Positions 40,780 through 50,184 of a stretch of 64,000 bases of DNA are shown piece after piece. The stretch's first letter is position 1; the number at the start of each line of letters is the position of its first letter. The notes beneath the pieces are model-generated. The model was not told the origin of the DNA and did no database searches. It worked only from the letters and a program-made list of their open reading frames with translations. The stretch lies in NCBI GenBank assembly GCA_963668645.2, contig CAXXWC010000013.1, positions 160,001 to 224,000 of the forward strand, read 5' to 3'. Both the position numbers and the translations under genes were made by a program. The stretch is from Desulfobacterales bacterium (GTDB taxonomy: Bacteria > Desulfobacterota > Desulfobacteria > Desulfobacterales > UBA2174).

Positions 40780-41252
40780 CTATATCCCGTTGAGCGTCTG
40801 TGAGGAGCAGACTCTCAGGACCTGAGATAGATCCGTTACTCCTTGAAATATCTTTTGTATCCCGTCCATGAACAAGGTTCTCATGCCACCGGCATTTTTT
40901 AGCATCGTTTTTTTACGCCCATGAAAGGGGAAAAAACAAGCCGGTAAGGATCGTCGCGCTTTTTGGATAATGCGAAGAAACCCGTCGAATGCGATTGGTT
41001 GTTCAAAACGTGCAGATCATATGTTTTGCCCGCGGATGTAGTAATCGACTCTTCTACAAAATCGGTTTTGGCTTCATACTTTTTTGCGATTTCCCCTTTC
41101 ATTGCCACAGCGCATATCTCGTCGAAGACAAACAGTTGTGTCTGTTCGGTGTTCTTGACGAGCACGGTGACCTGATTGTCCTCCGGATTAAAAAGGGCGC
41201 TCAGCACGACCTCGAGTCTTGTTTCATCCGATAATTCCAGTATCGCATCCAT
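40780..41252 (-). pseudogene. Internally deleted GspE/PilB-family secretion ATPase
   Basis: A 117-aa ORF is followed, in another frame, by GGMRTLFMDGIQKIFQGVTDLSQVLRVC, the typical GspE/PilB C-terminus. No Walker motifs remain. Confidence 0.7.
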
Positions 41253-41301
41253 GGCTGCTCCATTTCCCCCGGCCGGTTGCGGCGCCGTTCATACAATGGG
41301 G

Positions 41302-42198
41302 TCAACCCAGGGACATCAAGTGGGATCGTAAATTGGCCCGGCGCCCTTTGAGGCCGAACTTGGTGCGCAAATTCTTGCGGTGAAAGTTCACCGTGGCCTC
41401 GGTTATGTTGAGCAGGGTGGCGACCTCCTTGCTTGTCTTGCCGTCCTTGACCAACTGGGCGATCTGAAGCTCCTGGGGGGTAAGCAGGAGCCCGGCATTG
41501 GCCATTTGCTGTAAAAACGGAGAAATGACATCCCGCAGGTGGGTGTCGATAATCTCCACCATCGTCTTTTCCCGGGGGCGCAACGGGGCGGTCTTGAGTT
41601 TTTCCACATAGGGGAAAACCAGGTCCTTGATATTGGCCAGGACCTTGCGCTCCAGCTCCATTTTGTCCGCTTCGCGTTGCTTGAGCAGAACCTTGAGGGC
41701 GATGTTGGCTTCTTCGAGACTTTGTTTCTGTTCTTCGAGTTCAGCCTCGCGGGCACGCAAGGCCTCTTCGGTAAGCTTGAGGGCCGTGATGTCCTCGTGG
41801 CTGACCACCACCCGGATCGGGCCGGGTCCGGTCATGCGGATGGCGCGCATGTAGTACCAGTTCTGGCCGCCGGGTCCGTGGCAGGGATAGTCGTAGAGGA
41901 ATTCGGTCTCCCTGCCTTCGATGACGGCCCGGATCCCGGTTGCCACACAACATGCGCCCTCGGCGTCCTCGCCTCGGGTCGCCTCACAAATGTTCAGATA
42001 ATTGGTGCCGACGGCATCCGGGGTCCCCCGCAGCCGGTTGCGCTGGGCATAGGTACGCCAGGCCTCATTGGTCTGCAGAATCACGCCATCAGCATCCAGA
42101 ATCGCGATGTGGGCCGACAGGGAATTGAGCACCGCCATGGAAAAAGGATCGGCCACCAGCCGCGTCGCATCATTTTGAGGGGGGGCCGGGAGAATCAT
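41302..42198 (-). CDS. PAS + LuxR-HTH transcriptional regulator
   Basis: PAS domain (AVLNSLSAHIAILD...HEDIT), coiled coil, and LTPQELQIAQLVKDGKTSKEVA...TVNFHRKNLRTK. Confidence 0.92.
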   Translation of the reverse strand: MILPAPPQNDATRLVADPFSMAVLNSLSAHIAILDADGVILQTNEAWRTYAQRNRLRGTPDAVGTNYLNICEATRGEDAEGACCVATGIRAVIEGRETEFLYDYPCHGPGGQNWYYMRAIRMTGPGPIRVVVSHEDITALKLTEEALRAREAELEEQKQSLEEANIALKVLLKQREADKMELERKVLANIKDLVFPYVEKLKTAPLRPREKTMVEIIDTHLRDVISPFLQQMANAGLLLTPQELQIAQLVKDGKTSKEVATLLNITEATVNFHRKNLRTKFGLKGRRANLRSHLMSLG

Positions 42199-42269
42199 TT
42201 CTTGCCCTGATGGTCATGACCGTATAGGCGCCGATGAAAGGGCGCCGGGAAGCCTGCAACAGATAACTA

Positions 42270-43940
42270 GTTTCCGTCCATAAATCGCCAAAATCAGCCG
42301 CCCGAGGACCCTGCAAAGAGGCGGCAGGCGAATAATCTCGAAAGAATTTAGCAAAAAACAAGCCCTTAACAGTAAATGTTACCATTCACCCTAAAATCCG
42401 GGAACACCTCACCTGTTGGCTTTACGTATCGAACGGGTGCCGTACCGTCAGGCCAACTGTTTGCGGGCAATCGTAAGCAGGTTGGCCGAAACGATCGACG
42501 CCCAAACATAACTCTGGAACGATCGCCATCCTTTCCAAATGCACCGATCCAGCCCCAGGCTGCGCTTGAGCCAGGATATGCCCGCCTCGATGCCGGCCCG
42601 GAAGCGACGAAGGCGCCTGTACACATACGGGCTGCGGCACATCTTCTCCGGGTCCAGGCCGCGCTTTTTGGCAAAACAGACGTCTTTGATTCCCTTGTCC
42701 TTGGCGGCCTTCAAATTCGCCTTGGAAGCAAACCCTCCGTCCAGTGCAACTTTGAGCGGGCAGCGCCCGTAAATCTTTTCTTGCCGATCGAGCATCGTCT
42801 GGGTCAAGGTCACATCGGCCGGGTTGCCTTCCACGATCTGACAATCGAGAATCAGGTTCGAACGGCCTCCGGTCAGACATATCTTGTGACCGAAAAATGT
42901 GTCGCGCCGGTCCTTGACGATGATGTCGGTATGCTCCTCGAAAATCGACACGAGCTTTTCCGAGGCCGGAACCTTCTCTCCTTTGATGACGCGGCGCTGG
43001 GTCTGCGCGATGACCTTTTCAGTCAGTGCAACGTAGCGTTCCAATTCAAAAAACAGGCCCAGCGCGGTCAGGTTGTCAGCACCGACCGTCTTGAGCCGTT
43101 CGATAGCGCGCCGGGCCGAAGCCAACGACTTTGCCGTGTACTTGAGAAGATCGACATAGGCCCCACGACGTTCATTTTTGCTGCGGGCGTACTGAATTTT
43201 GACCATGCGCCGTTTGGCCACCCGGCGGTGATCGTGGTATCCAAATCGGCCCAGGCCAAGATCCCGGACCCTTTGCTGCAACCGGCTCAGCACCCGGACA
43301 CAATCATACAGCAGGCTCGAATCACTGGGCGCGTGGATATTGCTTTCGACAACCGTACAATCGATACGTGCCACACGGCCTTTTTCGATCTTGTTTTGTT
43401 TGGCATAACCGAGCACTTCAAGGTTGATCGCCTCCCAGGTCTGATCCGACAGGGCCTTGATGTTTTTGTTGAGCACCGACTTTTTGAACCCCTTGTCGGC
43501 AATGCCGATACGGCAAAAACGCCGGATACTCTGGCTGTCGACCAGATGAAAAGCCAGGTCCTGGTAGGTCAACTCGTGGAGCCTCATCACCACGGCCGCT
43601 CGCAGCACCTGCTCGGCGCTCATGCCTTTTGCCCCGGCACGGCTGACAACACGGCGCCGCTTGCAAAGATCTTGCAGCACGAACTCGGTGATGATAGGTT
43701 TGCTGTCCAGGATGCCGGAGATGGCTTCGAGCTCTTGGGCTTGGATGTGGCTGGCGATCTCGGGCATCAGGGGCATTTGGCGTTGCCATTTTTCGCGCAT
43801 TTTGTGTTGGTCCTTTTCTCGGCTTTGTTAGTATTTACGGTTGTTTGGCGACATCGTTTATACTACACTCAGCCTCGAAACTCCAGCACAAAATGCGCTT
43901 TTTTTATGCCGGCCGGATAGTTACGGCCGCGGATGGACAC
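42270..43940 (-). mobile_element. Insertion sequence (ISNCY/IS5-like DDE)
   Basis: Left end GTTTCCGTCCATAAAT and degenerate right end ...GGATGGACAC; flanked by TAACTA at 42264-42269 and 43941-43946. Confidence 0.85.
42448..43800 (-). CDS. DDE transposase
   Basis: RIDCTVVESNIHAPSD, EKLVSIFEEHTDII, ALDGGF and RAGIEAGISWLKR. Confidence 0.92.
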   Translation of the reverse strand: MREKWQRQMPLMPEIASHIQAQELEAISGILDSKPIITEFVLQDLCKRRRVVSRAGAKGMSAEQVLRAAVVMRLHELTYQDLAFHLVDSQSIRRFCRIGIADKGFKKSVLNKNIKALSDQTWEAINLEVLGYAKQNKIEKGRVARIDCTVVESNIHAPSDSSLLYDCVRVLSRLQQRVRDLGLGRFGYHDHRRVAKRRMVKIQYARSKNERRGAYVDLLKYTAKSLASARRAIERLKTVGADNLTALGLFFELERYVALTEKVIAQTQRRVIKGEKVPASEKLVSIFEEHTDIIVKDRRDTFFGHKICLTGGRSNLILDCQIVEGNPADVTLTQTMLDRQEKIYGRCPLKVALDGGFASKANLKAAKDKGIKDVCFAKKRGLDPEKMCRSPYVYRRLRRFRAGIEAGISWLKRSLGLDRCIWKGWRSFQSYVWASIVSANLLTIARKQLA

Positions 43941-43946
43941 TAACTA

Positions 43947-44087
43947 GTGTCCTCCATAAACGGCACCTTTCGGCCCCTGGCGGCGTTCTGGCTCGTTTCC
44001 AATCCTCGAAATAGCGGGCTATTGCTCCGGTTGGAAACTTGCTCGGGCCTTGCCGGGAACCAAAAATCACCATTTATGGACGGACAC
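43947..44087. mobile_element. 141-bp MITE of the same family as the adjacent IS
   Basis: Termini GTGTCCTCCATAAAC and ATTTATGGACGGACAC are inverted; internal hairpin; TAACTA on both sides (43941-43946 and 44088-44093). Confidence 0.8.
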
Positions 44088-44340
44088 TAACTACTTACAC
44101 CCGAAAAGGGAACCTCTGTCAAGTTGCCTGGCTGCCGCTATCGGATCAAGCCCCGGTGAAACATACCGCCGGTACGCGCTTGTATCGGCTGGAAGTCAAG
44201 ACGGTTGGCATGGATTACAGCGGATGCTGAAAACAGGTGGCCTGGCCGCAGGCGGCCAAATGGCAAGGATCCCCGGCCGCGCCTGTCTGTTCGTGCCGAG
44301 GTGCAGCGCAAAGACGGCTCACGGCCGTCGTTTATCGCGC

Positions 44341-44535
44341 TCAGGAAAATCCACCGCCGGCCGGTGCGGCGCAGCGGCCCAGGCTGGCATTGGAAAAGAC
44401 GCTTGATGCACTCATCAGGCGCGTGACGTTGGTGCCCCGGCACTGGGGGCAATGAACCGGGTCGCGGTCGGTTTGAAACACCAGGCGTTCAAAGGTAGAG
44501 TCACAATCCTTGCAGCAGTACTCATAGATCGGCAT
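44341..44535 (-). CDS. FmdB-family zinc-ribbon protein
   Basis: MPIYEYCCKDC...CPQC...RLMS. Confidence 0.9.
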   Translation of the reverse strand: MPIYEYCCKDCDSTFERLVFQTDRDPVHCPQCRGTNVTRLMSASSVFSNASLGRCAAPAGGGFS

Positions 44536-44710
44536 TGCTCGTTTCCTTTCTTCAGTGGGGTGGTCCGATTTTTTTCCAGGTATTATCGATCCCTCAATCT
44601 GTCAAAGGTTACAGCGCCGGAAGCGGCGGTTTTGACGAATCGTGGTGGATGGGTTACATGCGGGCATGACGGTGCGAACCGACAATGCCCGAAGAGAGGA
44701 GCTTTCGTTG

Positions 44711-45094
44711 ATGGAGCCTTACCGTTTCGAGGTCCAGATTTTTTACGAGGATACGGATCATTCTGGGGTCGTGTACCATGCCAACTACCTCAAATACTTC
44801 GAGCGGGCCCGGGAGGCGGTCATCGGCGCACAGCAGCTGGTGCAGCTTTGGAACGAAGAAGGCCTGGGCTTTGCGGTTTACCGGGCAAAAATCGATTACC
44901 TGGACGGGGCCCAGTTCGGCGAACGGCTCGAAATCCGTTCCACCTTCAACCGGGAAAGCGATTATCGCCTGATCTGGCAACAGGAGGCCTGGCGTCCGGG
45001 GGCTGTCAAGGCGGCGGTCCGCGCCGAGGTCCACCTGGTCTGCCTCGATCGCGAGCGGCGCCTGCATCCCATTCCCCTGTGGCGCCGGTCTTAG
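44711..45094 (+). CDS. YbgC/FadM-family acyl-CoA thioesterase
   Basis: YEDTDHSGVVYHANYLKYFERAR; ATG at 44711 with GAGGAG. Confidence 0.9.
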   Translation: MEPYRFEVQIFYEDTDHSGVVYHANYLKYFERAREAVIGAQQLVQLWNEEGLGFAVYRAKIDYLDGAQFGERLEIRSTFNRESDYRLIWQQEAWRPGAVKAAVRAEVHLVCLDRERRLHPIPLWRRS

Positions 45095-45153
45095 CAGCTC
45101 GCGGATAAACGGCGTATCGGCAGGCAGCCGGTATCCTGAAAAACAGGTGCCCC

Positions 45154-45549
45154 TTATTCCCAGCGGTTGTCCTTTGTTCTGCGCAGGTCAATGTAGCTCA
45201 CCCGCCCCTGCTCGCTGACGAAACTGTTCAGCAGCCAGCTGACGGCACTGATCAGCAGGGCCCCGCCCACCGCGGACCCGAAGCTGCTGACCTGCAAACC
45301 GCCGATTACCCCTGAGGCCATCATGAGCATCAGGGCATTGATAACAAAGGTGAACAGGCCGAAGCTGAGAATGTTGATCGGCAGGGTGAGGATCAGCAGG
45401 ATGGGCCGCAGCAGGGCATTGAGTATACCGAGAATGGCGGCGGCGAAAAAGGCGCTGAAAAAGCCGCTTACCCGGATTCCGTCGATCAGGTAGGCCGCCG
45501 CCAGAATCGCCAGGGTCAGCGCCAGCCAACGAATCAGGATACCGCGCAT
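45154..45549 (-). CDS. YvlD/DUF360 four-TM membrane protein (phage holin family)
   Basis: NALLRPILLILTLPINILSFGLFTFVINALM; RBS GAGGAG. Confidence 0.9.
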   Translation of the reverse strand: MRGILIRWLALTLAILAAAYLIDGIRVSGFFSAFFAAAILGILNALLRPILLILTLPINILSFGLFTFVINALMLMMASGVIGGLQVSSFGSAVGGALLISAVSWLLNSFVSEQGRVSYIDLRRTKDNRWE

Positions 45550-45850
45550 TTGATCTCCTCTCTGAAATTGTCTTGACGATGGATGAATGTACCGGTTCCA
45601 AAAATAAGTCCCCCGGCCGCAAAAGAAAGGTCTGATTTTCGGTCTTTCGCCGTCTTGGAAGCACCCATCGATCCTGGCTCCTCCCCAAACGGCTCTGAAT
45701 GGAGGCTGGCTGTTGATCTGAACCGGGGGTTTTGCGTATAGTGGCGCTTACGACCGGCTGGATCCGGGCCGCCGGGCTTACATTCCAAACCGTGACTTGT
45801 CGAAAATCCGGCTCATTTTGAATGCGGCCAGCGCCAAAGGCGAAAAAGCG

Positions 45851-47482
45851 ATGACAATCCGTACCTGCGTGGCCCCGACGGGCGCCTTTGTCTATGGAAT
45901 CCACAAACCGGCTTTCACCGTGGCCAACCACCGCCAGGCGGATCCGGCCTGGGTGCTCGGTCTTACCGGGGACGGGCGGCCGGTGGACAACCGCGTCAAT
46001 CTGCCGTCCGGGGCCGTGGCTGAACCGGCCGCCGATTGGATCTATGAAGTGCCCAACCCTTTTGCCTTTCGCGGGGCCACCTTCATCGTCAAGCGATGGG
46101 CCGATCAGCGGGCGGTGGCGCCCGAAAAGATCGGGTTGCCGCCTTTGCCGCAGGTCTCCTTGCATGAGACGGTGGCGGGCTGGGCCGAGCCGGAAAAAGG
46201 TGCCGAAATCCTGCGGCAAAAGGTTTTCGACACCTTGCCGCCCCCTTTGCGTTTAGCCTTGGCGGTGGGCAGCACCGATCCGCGGGACCTGGTGCGTCTG
46301 GCCCACGGCTGCTGCCGCTTTGTCGAAAAAGACGGCCGGCCCGAGGGGTTGGCCTTCAGCCGCGACTCCAACGGGATCGCAAAGCCGCAGATCAGCGATC
46401 CGGCCCTCTTCGAAGCTTTGGCCAACAATCCGGCCCTGCCGGACCGCTACAAACGGATCATGGTGTTGAGGCCCGGGGTCCAGGGAACCAGCGAGATCAC
46501 CGCCGACTGGTGCAGCGCGGACGGCTCCAGCCGGGTCTACGAATATTTGCGGCGCAACTCCTACATCCCCTGGGGACATTTTGCCGCCAACATGGCCGAG
46601 GATGCCGTCCGTTATCGCAGTGCCGATCTGACCGCCACAGATATATCCGGCCTGCGCCACCTCTACTACCAGCGCACCTTTCAGCGGCTGGCCGAAATCC
46701 TGGGCCTGGTCCAGCCCCCGGCGCCCCACCCGCTGGATGGACAAGCCCTGGAAGCGTTGCGCCGGCAGATCGTGGCAGCCCGGGCCCGCAAACCGCTGCC
46801 CTTTGACGCCACCCTCTGGGGCTGGAATTTCGGCTTCGATTTTTCCCCCAACGGCTACCGCATGCACGGGTCTCACCAGCAGGTGCACCAGCAGTACGCC
46901 CTGGTTCCCACGGCGGCCGAAAGCGTTCCGGCCGCCGCCGGGGGCGTTTTTCAGCCTTACGCCTGCGGGGATCTGGTGCGCCGCTTCATCCGGGAATTTC
47001 GGCGCGAGACCGGCCGCGGATTCTTCGAGTGCTACCTCGAAGCCATACGCGCCAACCGGCGTATGGACGATCGAACCGGGACCGAAGCGAGCCTGATCGT
47101 CTACGAGGACCGGCAGGTGATCCTTTTCGTGCCCAAGGCCCAGACCAGCCAGTGGGAACTGCAGCTGATGCCGCTGGCGCCGGTGGGCCACGTGCTGGAA
47201 GCCGATGCCGACATGCGCCGCAGCCTGGACCGGGCGATCCTTCTGGCGGTGCGGATCCTCGGGGCCATGGGGGCGCGCATGATCACCACCATCGAATATG
47301 CCAAGCGCTTTTCAGATACCGACACCGAACAGCACCTGATCTACGCATTCCTGCCCAAGCTGCCCGAGTCGCCCGGCGCTTTTACCGAGGCCCAGCTGCG
47401 CTGGATCGGGGGCCACTACCCCGAGGATTTCGCCATCGCCTGCCGGGCGCGGCTGCCGGCTGTGCTGGTCGCCATGGGCTGA
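45851..47482 (+). CDS. Conserved hypothetical protein with a possible divergent GalT/HIT-like C-terminal region
   Basis: Long ORF; HGSHQQVHQQ and LIVYEDRQVILFVPKAQTSQWELQLMP resemble GalT-branch HIT elements. Start taken at MTIRT. Confidence 0.6.
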   Translation: MTIRTCVAPTGAFVYGIHKPAFTVANHRQADPAWVLGLTGDGRPVDNRVNLPSGAVAEPAADWIYEVPNPFAFRGATFIVKRWADQRAVAPEKIGLPPLPQVSLHETVAGWAEPEKGAEILRQKVFDTLPPPLRLALAVGSTDPRDLVRLAHGCCRFVEKDGRPEGLAFSRDSNGIAKPQISDPALFEALANNPALPDRYKRIMVLRPGVQGTSEITADWCSADGSSRVYEYLRRNSYIPWGHFAANMAEDAVRYRSADLTATDISGLRHLYYQRTFQRLAEILGLVQPPAPHPLDGQALEALRRQIVAARARKPLPFDATLWGWNFGFDFSPNGYRMHGSHQQVHQQYALVPTAAESVPAAAGGVFQPYACGDLVRRFIREFRRETGRGFFECYLEAIRANRRMDDRTGTEASLIVYEDRQVILFVPKAQTSQWELQLMPLAPVGHVLEADADMRRSLDRAILLAVRILGAMGARMITTIEYAKRFSDTDTEQHLIYAFLPKLPESPGAFTEAQLRWIGGHYPEDFAIACRARLPAVLVAMG

Positions 47483-47535
47483 GGGCTTTTTACCGGCACC
47501 GGCAGCCTGTGGCACGGATCCGTGTACTGCATTGA

Positions 47536-49416
47536 TCACACCTTGATCGCCTCCAGGCCCAGCGTCTTGCGCTTGGTCTCGATGTGCCGGCGCATCAGGA
47601 CGGCGGCTTTTTCGGGGTCGGGCTCCACGGCAAAGGCCGCACCCACCGCCGCGCTCAACCCTTCGGTGAGCAGCTTGACCACATTGGCGCTGCCCGCGAT
47701 GGGCGGCATGGGACCCAGCACGGTATAAACCCCCGAGGCCACGAAGTAGGCCCCGATGGAGACCGCTTTTTCCGAGTACCACTCCGGGGCCGCGCCGGCG
47801 ATGGGCAGATCGCTGATGTCCGTACCCAAGGCGTCGGCCAGGGCCGCGGCCAGGACCAGGATGCGCACGTTGTCCACGCAGGAGCCGAAATGGAGCACCG
47901 GCGGGATCCCCAAAGCGCCGCAGATTTCTTTGAGCCCGGGGCCGGCCAGGGAAAGGGCGTCGGTGGTCTTCAACCCGGCTTTGGCCGTGGCCACCGCCGC
48001 ACAGCCGGTATCGACCACCAGTACGTCGTTGGCGATCAGTTGGCGCACCATGGCCACATGGCCGTGGTCGTGCTTGATTTTCGGGTTGTTGCAGCCCACC
48101 ACCCCGGCCGCTCCGCGGATCTTGCCGGCCTTGATGGCCTCTATCAGCGGTGCCGGGGTGCCGCCCAGGGCGCCGACCACCGCTTCGACTGAAAAACCGC
48201 CCACCGCCGCTACCGGCTCCACCGGAATATAGCTCTCGCCCCGATTGGCGAAGTTTTCCACGGCCAGCCGCACGATCTGGCGCGCTTTTTCCAGGGCGTT
48301 GGGCGGATGAAATTCATGGTGTTCCATCCCCGGAAAACGCGCCTTGTCGCTGGTGGAGATCATCCGGGTGTGGTAGCAGGTGGCCACCGTGCCCAAGGAA
48401 GGCATGATGCACTGGTAGTCGACGATCATCATTTCCACGACCCCGGTGGCGATCACCAGTTCGGTCATCAGATGGTTGCCGGCCATGGGAATCCCGTGGC
48501 GCATCAACAATTCGTTGCCCGTACAGCAGAGCCCGGCAAGGTTGATCCCCGCAGCCCCCTGCTCGCGGGCCAGGGCCAGAAGCTCGGGATCCTGGCAGGC
48601 CTGGAGGATGGTTTCCGAAACCACGGGGTTGTGGCCGTGGACGATGATGTTGACCTGGTCTTTTTTCAAAACCCCCACGTTGGCCTGGGTCGGGCAGGGC
48701 TTGGGGGTGCCGAAGAGGATGTCGGAGACTTCGGTGGCGATCATCGAGCCGCCCCAACCGTCGGACAGGGCGTTGCGCAGCGTGTGCAGCAGTACGCTCT
48801 GCCAGCCGTTGTCGACCCCCATGTGGGTGCGGTGCATCATCTCCGAGGTTTCTCGGTCGATGCCTCTGGGCATGATCCCGAGCCGGCGCCAAAGTTCGCG
48901 GCGTTTGGCCGGGGCCCGGGCCGCCAGGGTGAGTTCGTTTTTGCGGGTGCCGTAGTCCTCCTGCATGGCGTGGGCCAATTGGCCGGCCACCTCTTCGGCT
49001 GTTTTGCCCTCAATGGGGATCCCGTATTCGATGGCCACGCGGTTGAGCTTGGCCGGGTCGTGAATCGTGTAGCCCGGGGCCCGGCCCTCGGCCACCGAGG
49101 CCAGCACCTCCACCAGGTCCCGTCCGTGATCGGAATGGGCTGCGGCCCCGGCGGCGACCATGCGTCCGAGGTTGCGCGCCACGATGATATCGGCGTCCGC
49201 GCCGCAAACCCCCTTCTGGGGGCCTTCACCGAAAGGATCCACCCGGCAGGGCCCCATGTTGCAGACCCGGCAACTGATGCCCATCTCGCAGTAGCCACAC
49301 TGGGGCAGTTGGGCATGATAGCGGTCCCAGGCGGTTTCGATCTGGTCGGCTTCGGCTTTTTTGAGCAGCAACTGGCCGTCGCGGGTTATGGTTTTTTCCT
49401 TGTGATGATGCGTCAT
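47536..49416 (-). CDS. cooS: Anaerobic Ni-dependent carbon monoxide dehydrogenase catalytic subunit
   Basis: CRVCNMGPC, GVCGA, AAHSDH, HGHNP, LCCTGNE, VDYQC, GCNN, TGC, GSCVD and PEWYSEKA; ATG at 49416 with GGAGG. Confidence 0.96.
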   Translation of the reverse strand: MTHHHKEKTITRDGQLLLKKAEADQIETAWDRYHAQLPQCGYCEMGISCRVCNMGPCRVDPFGEGPQKGVCGADADIIVARNLGRMVAAGAAAHSDHGRDLVEVLASVAEGRAPGYTIHDPAKLNRVAIEYGIPIEGKTAEEVAGQLAHAMQEDYGTRKNELTLAARAPAKRRELWRRLGIMPRGIDRETSEMMHRTHMGVDNGWQSVLLHTLRNALSDGWGGSMIATEVSDILFGTPKPCPTQANVGVLKKDQVNIIVHGHNPVVSETILQACQDPELLALAREQGAAGINLAGLCCTGNELLMRHGIPMAGNHLMTELVIATGVVEMMIVDYQCIMPSLGTVATCYHTRMISTSDKARFPGMEHHEFHPPNALEKARQIVRLAVENFANRGESYIPVEPVAAVGGFSVEAVVGALGGTPAPLIEAIKAGKIRGAAGVVGCNNPKIKHDHGHVAMVRQLIANDVLVVDTGCAAVATAKAGLKTTDALSLAGPGLKEICGALGIPPVLHFGSCVDNVRILVLAAALADALGTDISDLPIAGAAPEWYSEKAVSIGAYFVASGVYTVLGPMPPIAGSANVVKLLTEGLSAAVGAAFAVEPDPEKAAVLMRRHIETKRKTLGLEAIKV

Positions 49417-49517
49417 GGCATGCCTCCCTCCTTCTTGGAAAGTCCGGCCGTATCCGTTTCGGCCTTTACAGCAATCCATGTCTTCGATTTTACGGTACCG
49501 CCCCTCGGCCAGCGCCG

Positions 49518-50120
49518 TCAGCTCCCCGTATGGGTCTGGCAGCAGGCCTGTTTGTGGGCTGCGAGCAGGGCGAAGCCCGGAGCCGGAGGCGGACAGATGG
49601 CGCCGCTCGATACACTGCGGGCCACTTCGTCGGTGCGCCGGCGCGCCGCCAGGTCGGGCGATTCGAAGGTCAGTGCCCCGCTTTTGCAGATTTCCACGCA
49701 GGCCGGCACCAGGCCCCGGGCCTGGCGTGCCAGGCAGTTGTCGCATTTGACCGCCACAGTTTTTTCCGGGGGGCCGTCCCAGACCGGATGGTAGCGGATT
49801 ACCCCGTAGGGACAAGCCATGGCACAAGAGGCGCAGTTGATGCAGCGGTCCGCTTCCACCAGGACGGTACCGCTTTGCGTTTCCCGATAGATCGCTGCGG
49901 GCAGGCAGGCCAGCATACAGGGGGCTGGATCGCAGTGACGGCAGCGGTTGGGGAACCCCTCGGTGAAGGCCCCGACCCCGATGTGGATGCGCGAGCGGGG
50001 CAGGGGATCTTCGGCGATGGCGCCGAGCAGGGTGCCGCTGCGCGAATGGGCCGCGGCGCAGGCCAGCATGCACTGCATGCAGCCCACGCACCGTTCAGGA
50101 TGCACGATGACTTGTTTCAT
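49518..50120 (-). CDS. cooF: CooF-like 4x[4Fe-4S] electron-transfer protein
   Basis: CVGCMQCMLAC, CRHCDPAPC, CINCASCAMACP and KCDNC...PACVEIC; adjacent to cooS. Confidence 0.88.
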   Translation of the reverse strand: MKQVIVHPERCVGCMQCMLACAAAHSRSGTLLGAIAEDPLPRSRIHIGVGAFTEGFPNRCRHCDPAPCMLACLPAAIYRETQSGTVLVEADRCINCASCAMACPYGVIRYHPVWDGPPEKTVAVKCDNCLARQARGLVPACVEICKSGALTFESPDLAARRRTDEVARSVSSGAICPPPAPGFALLAAHKQACCQTHTGS

Positions 50121-50184
50121 GGGCCCTCCTTGTCGGTTGTGCGGGCAGCCGGATAAAGGGCCGCCCTTCAGGCGTGCGGGTGAA

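Noticed and set aside
45154..45549. Holin-family gene as evidence of a prophage
   Set aside because: YvlD/DUF360 proteins are common chromosomal membrane proteins, and no phage genes lie nearby.
49417..50091. 225-aa N-terminal extension of CooS in the 851-aa ORF
   Set aside because: It overlaps cooF in another frame; the real start is ATG 49416 with a strong RBS.
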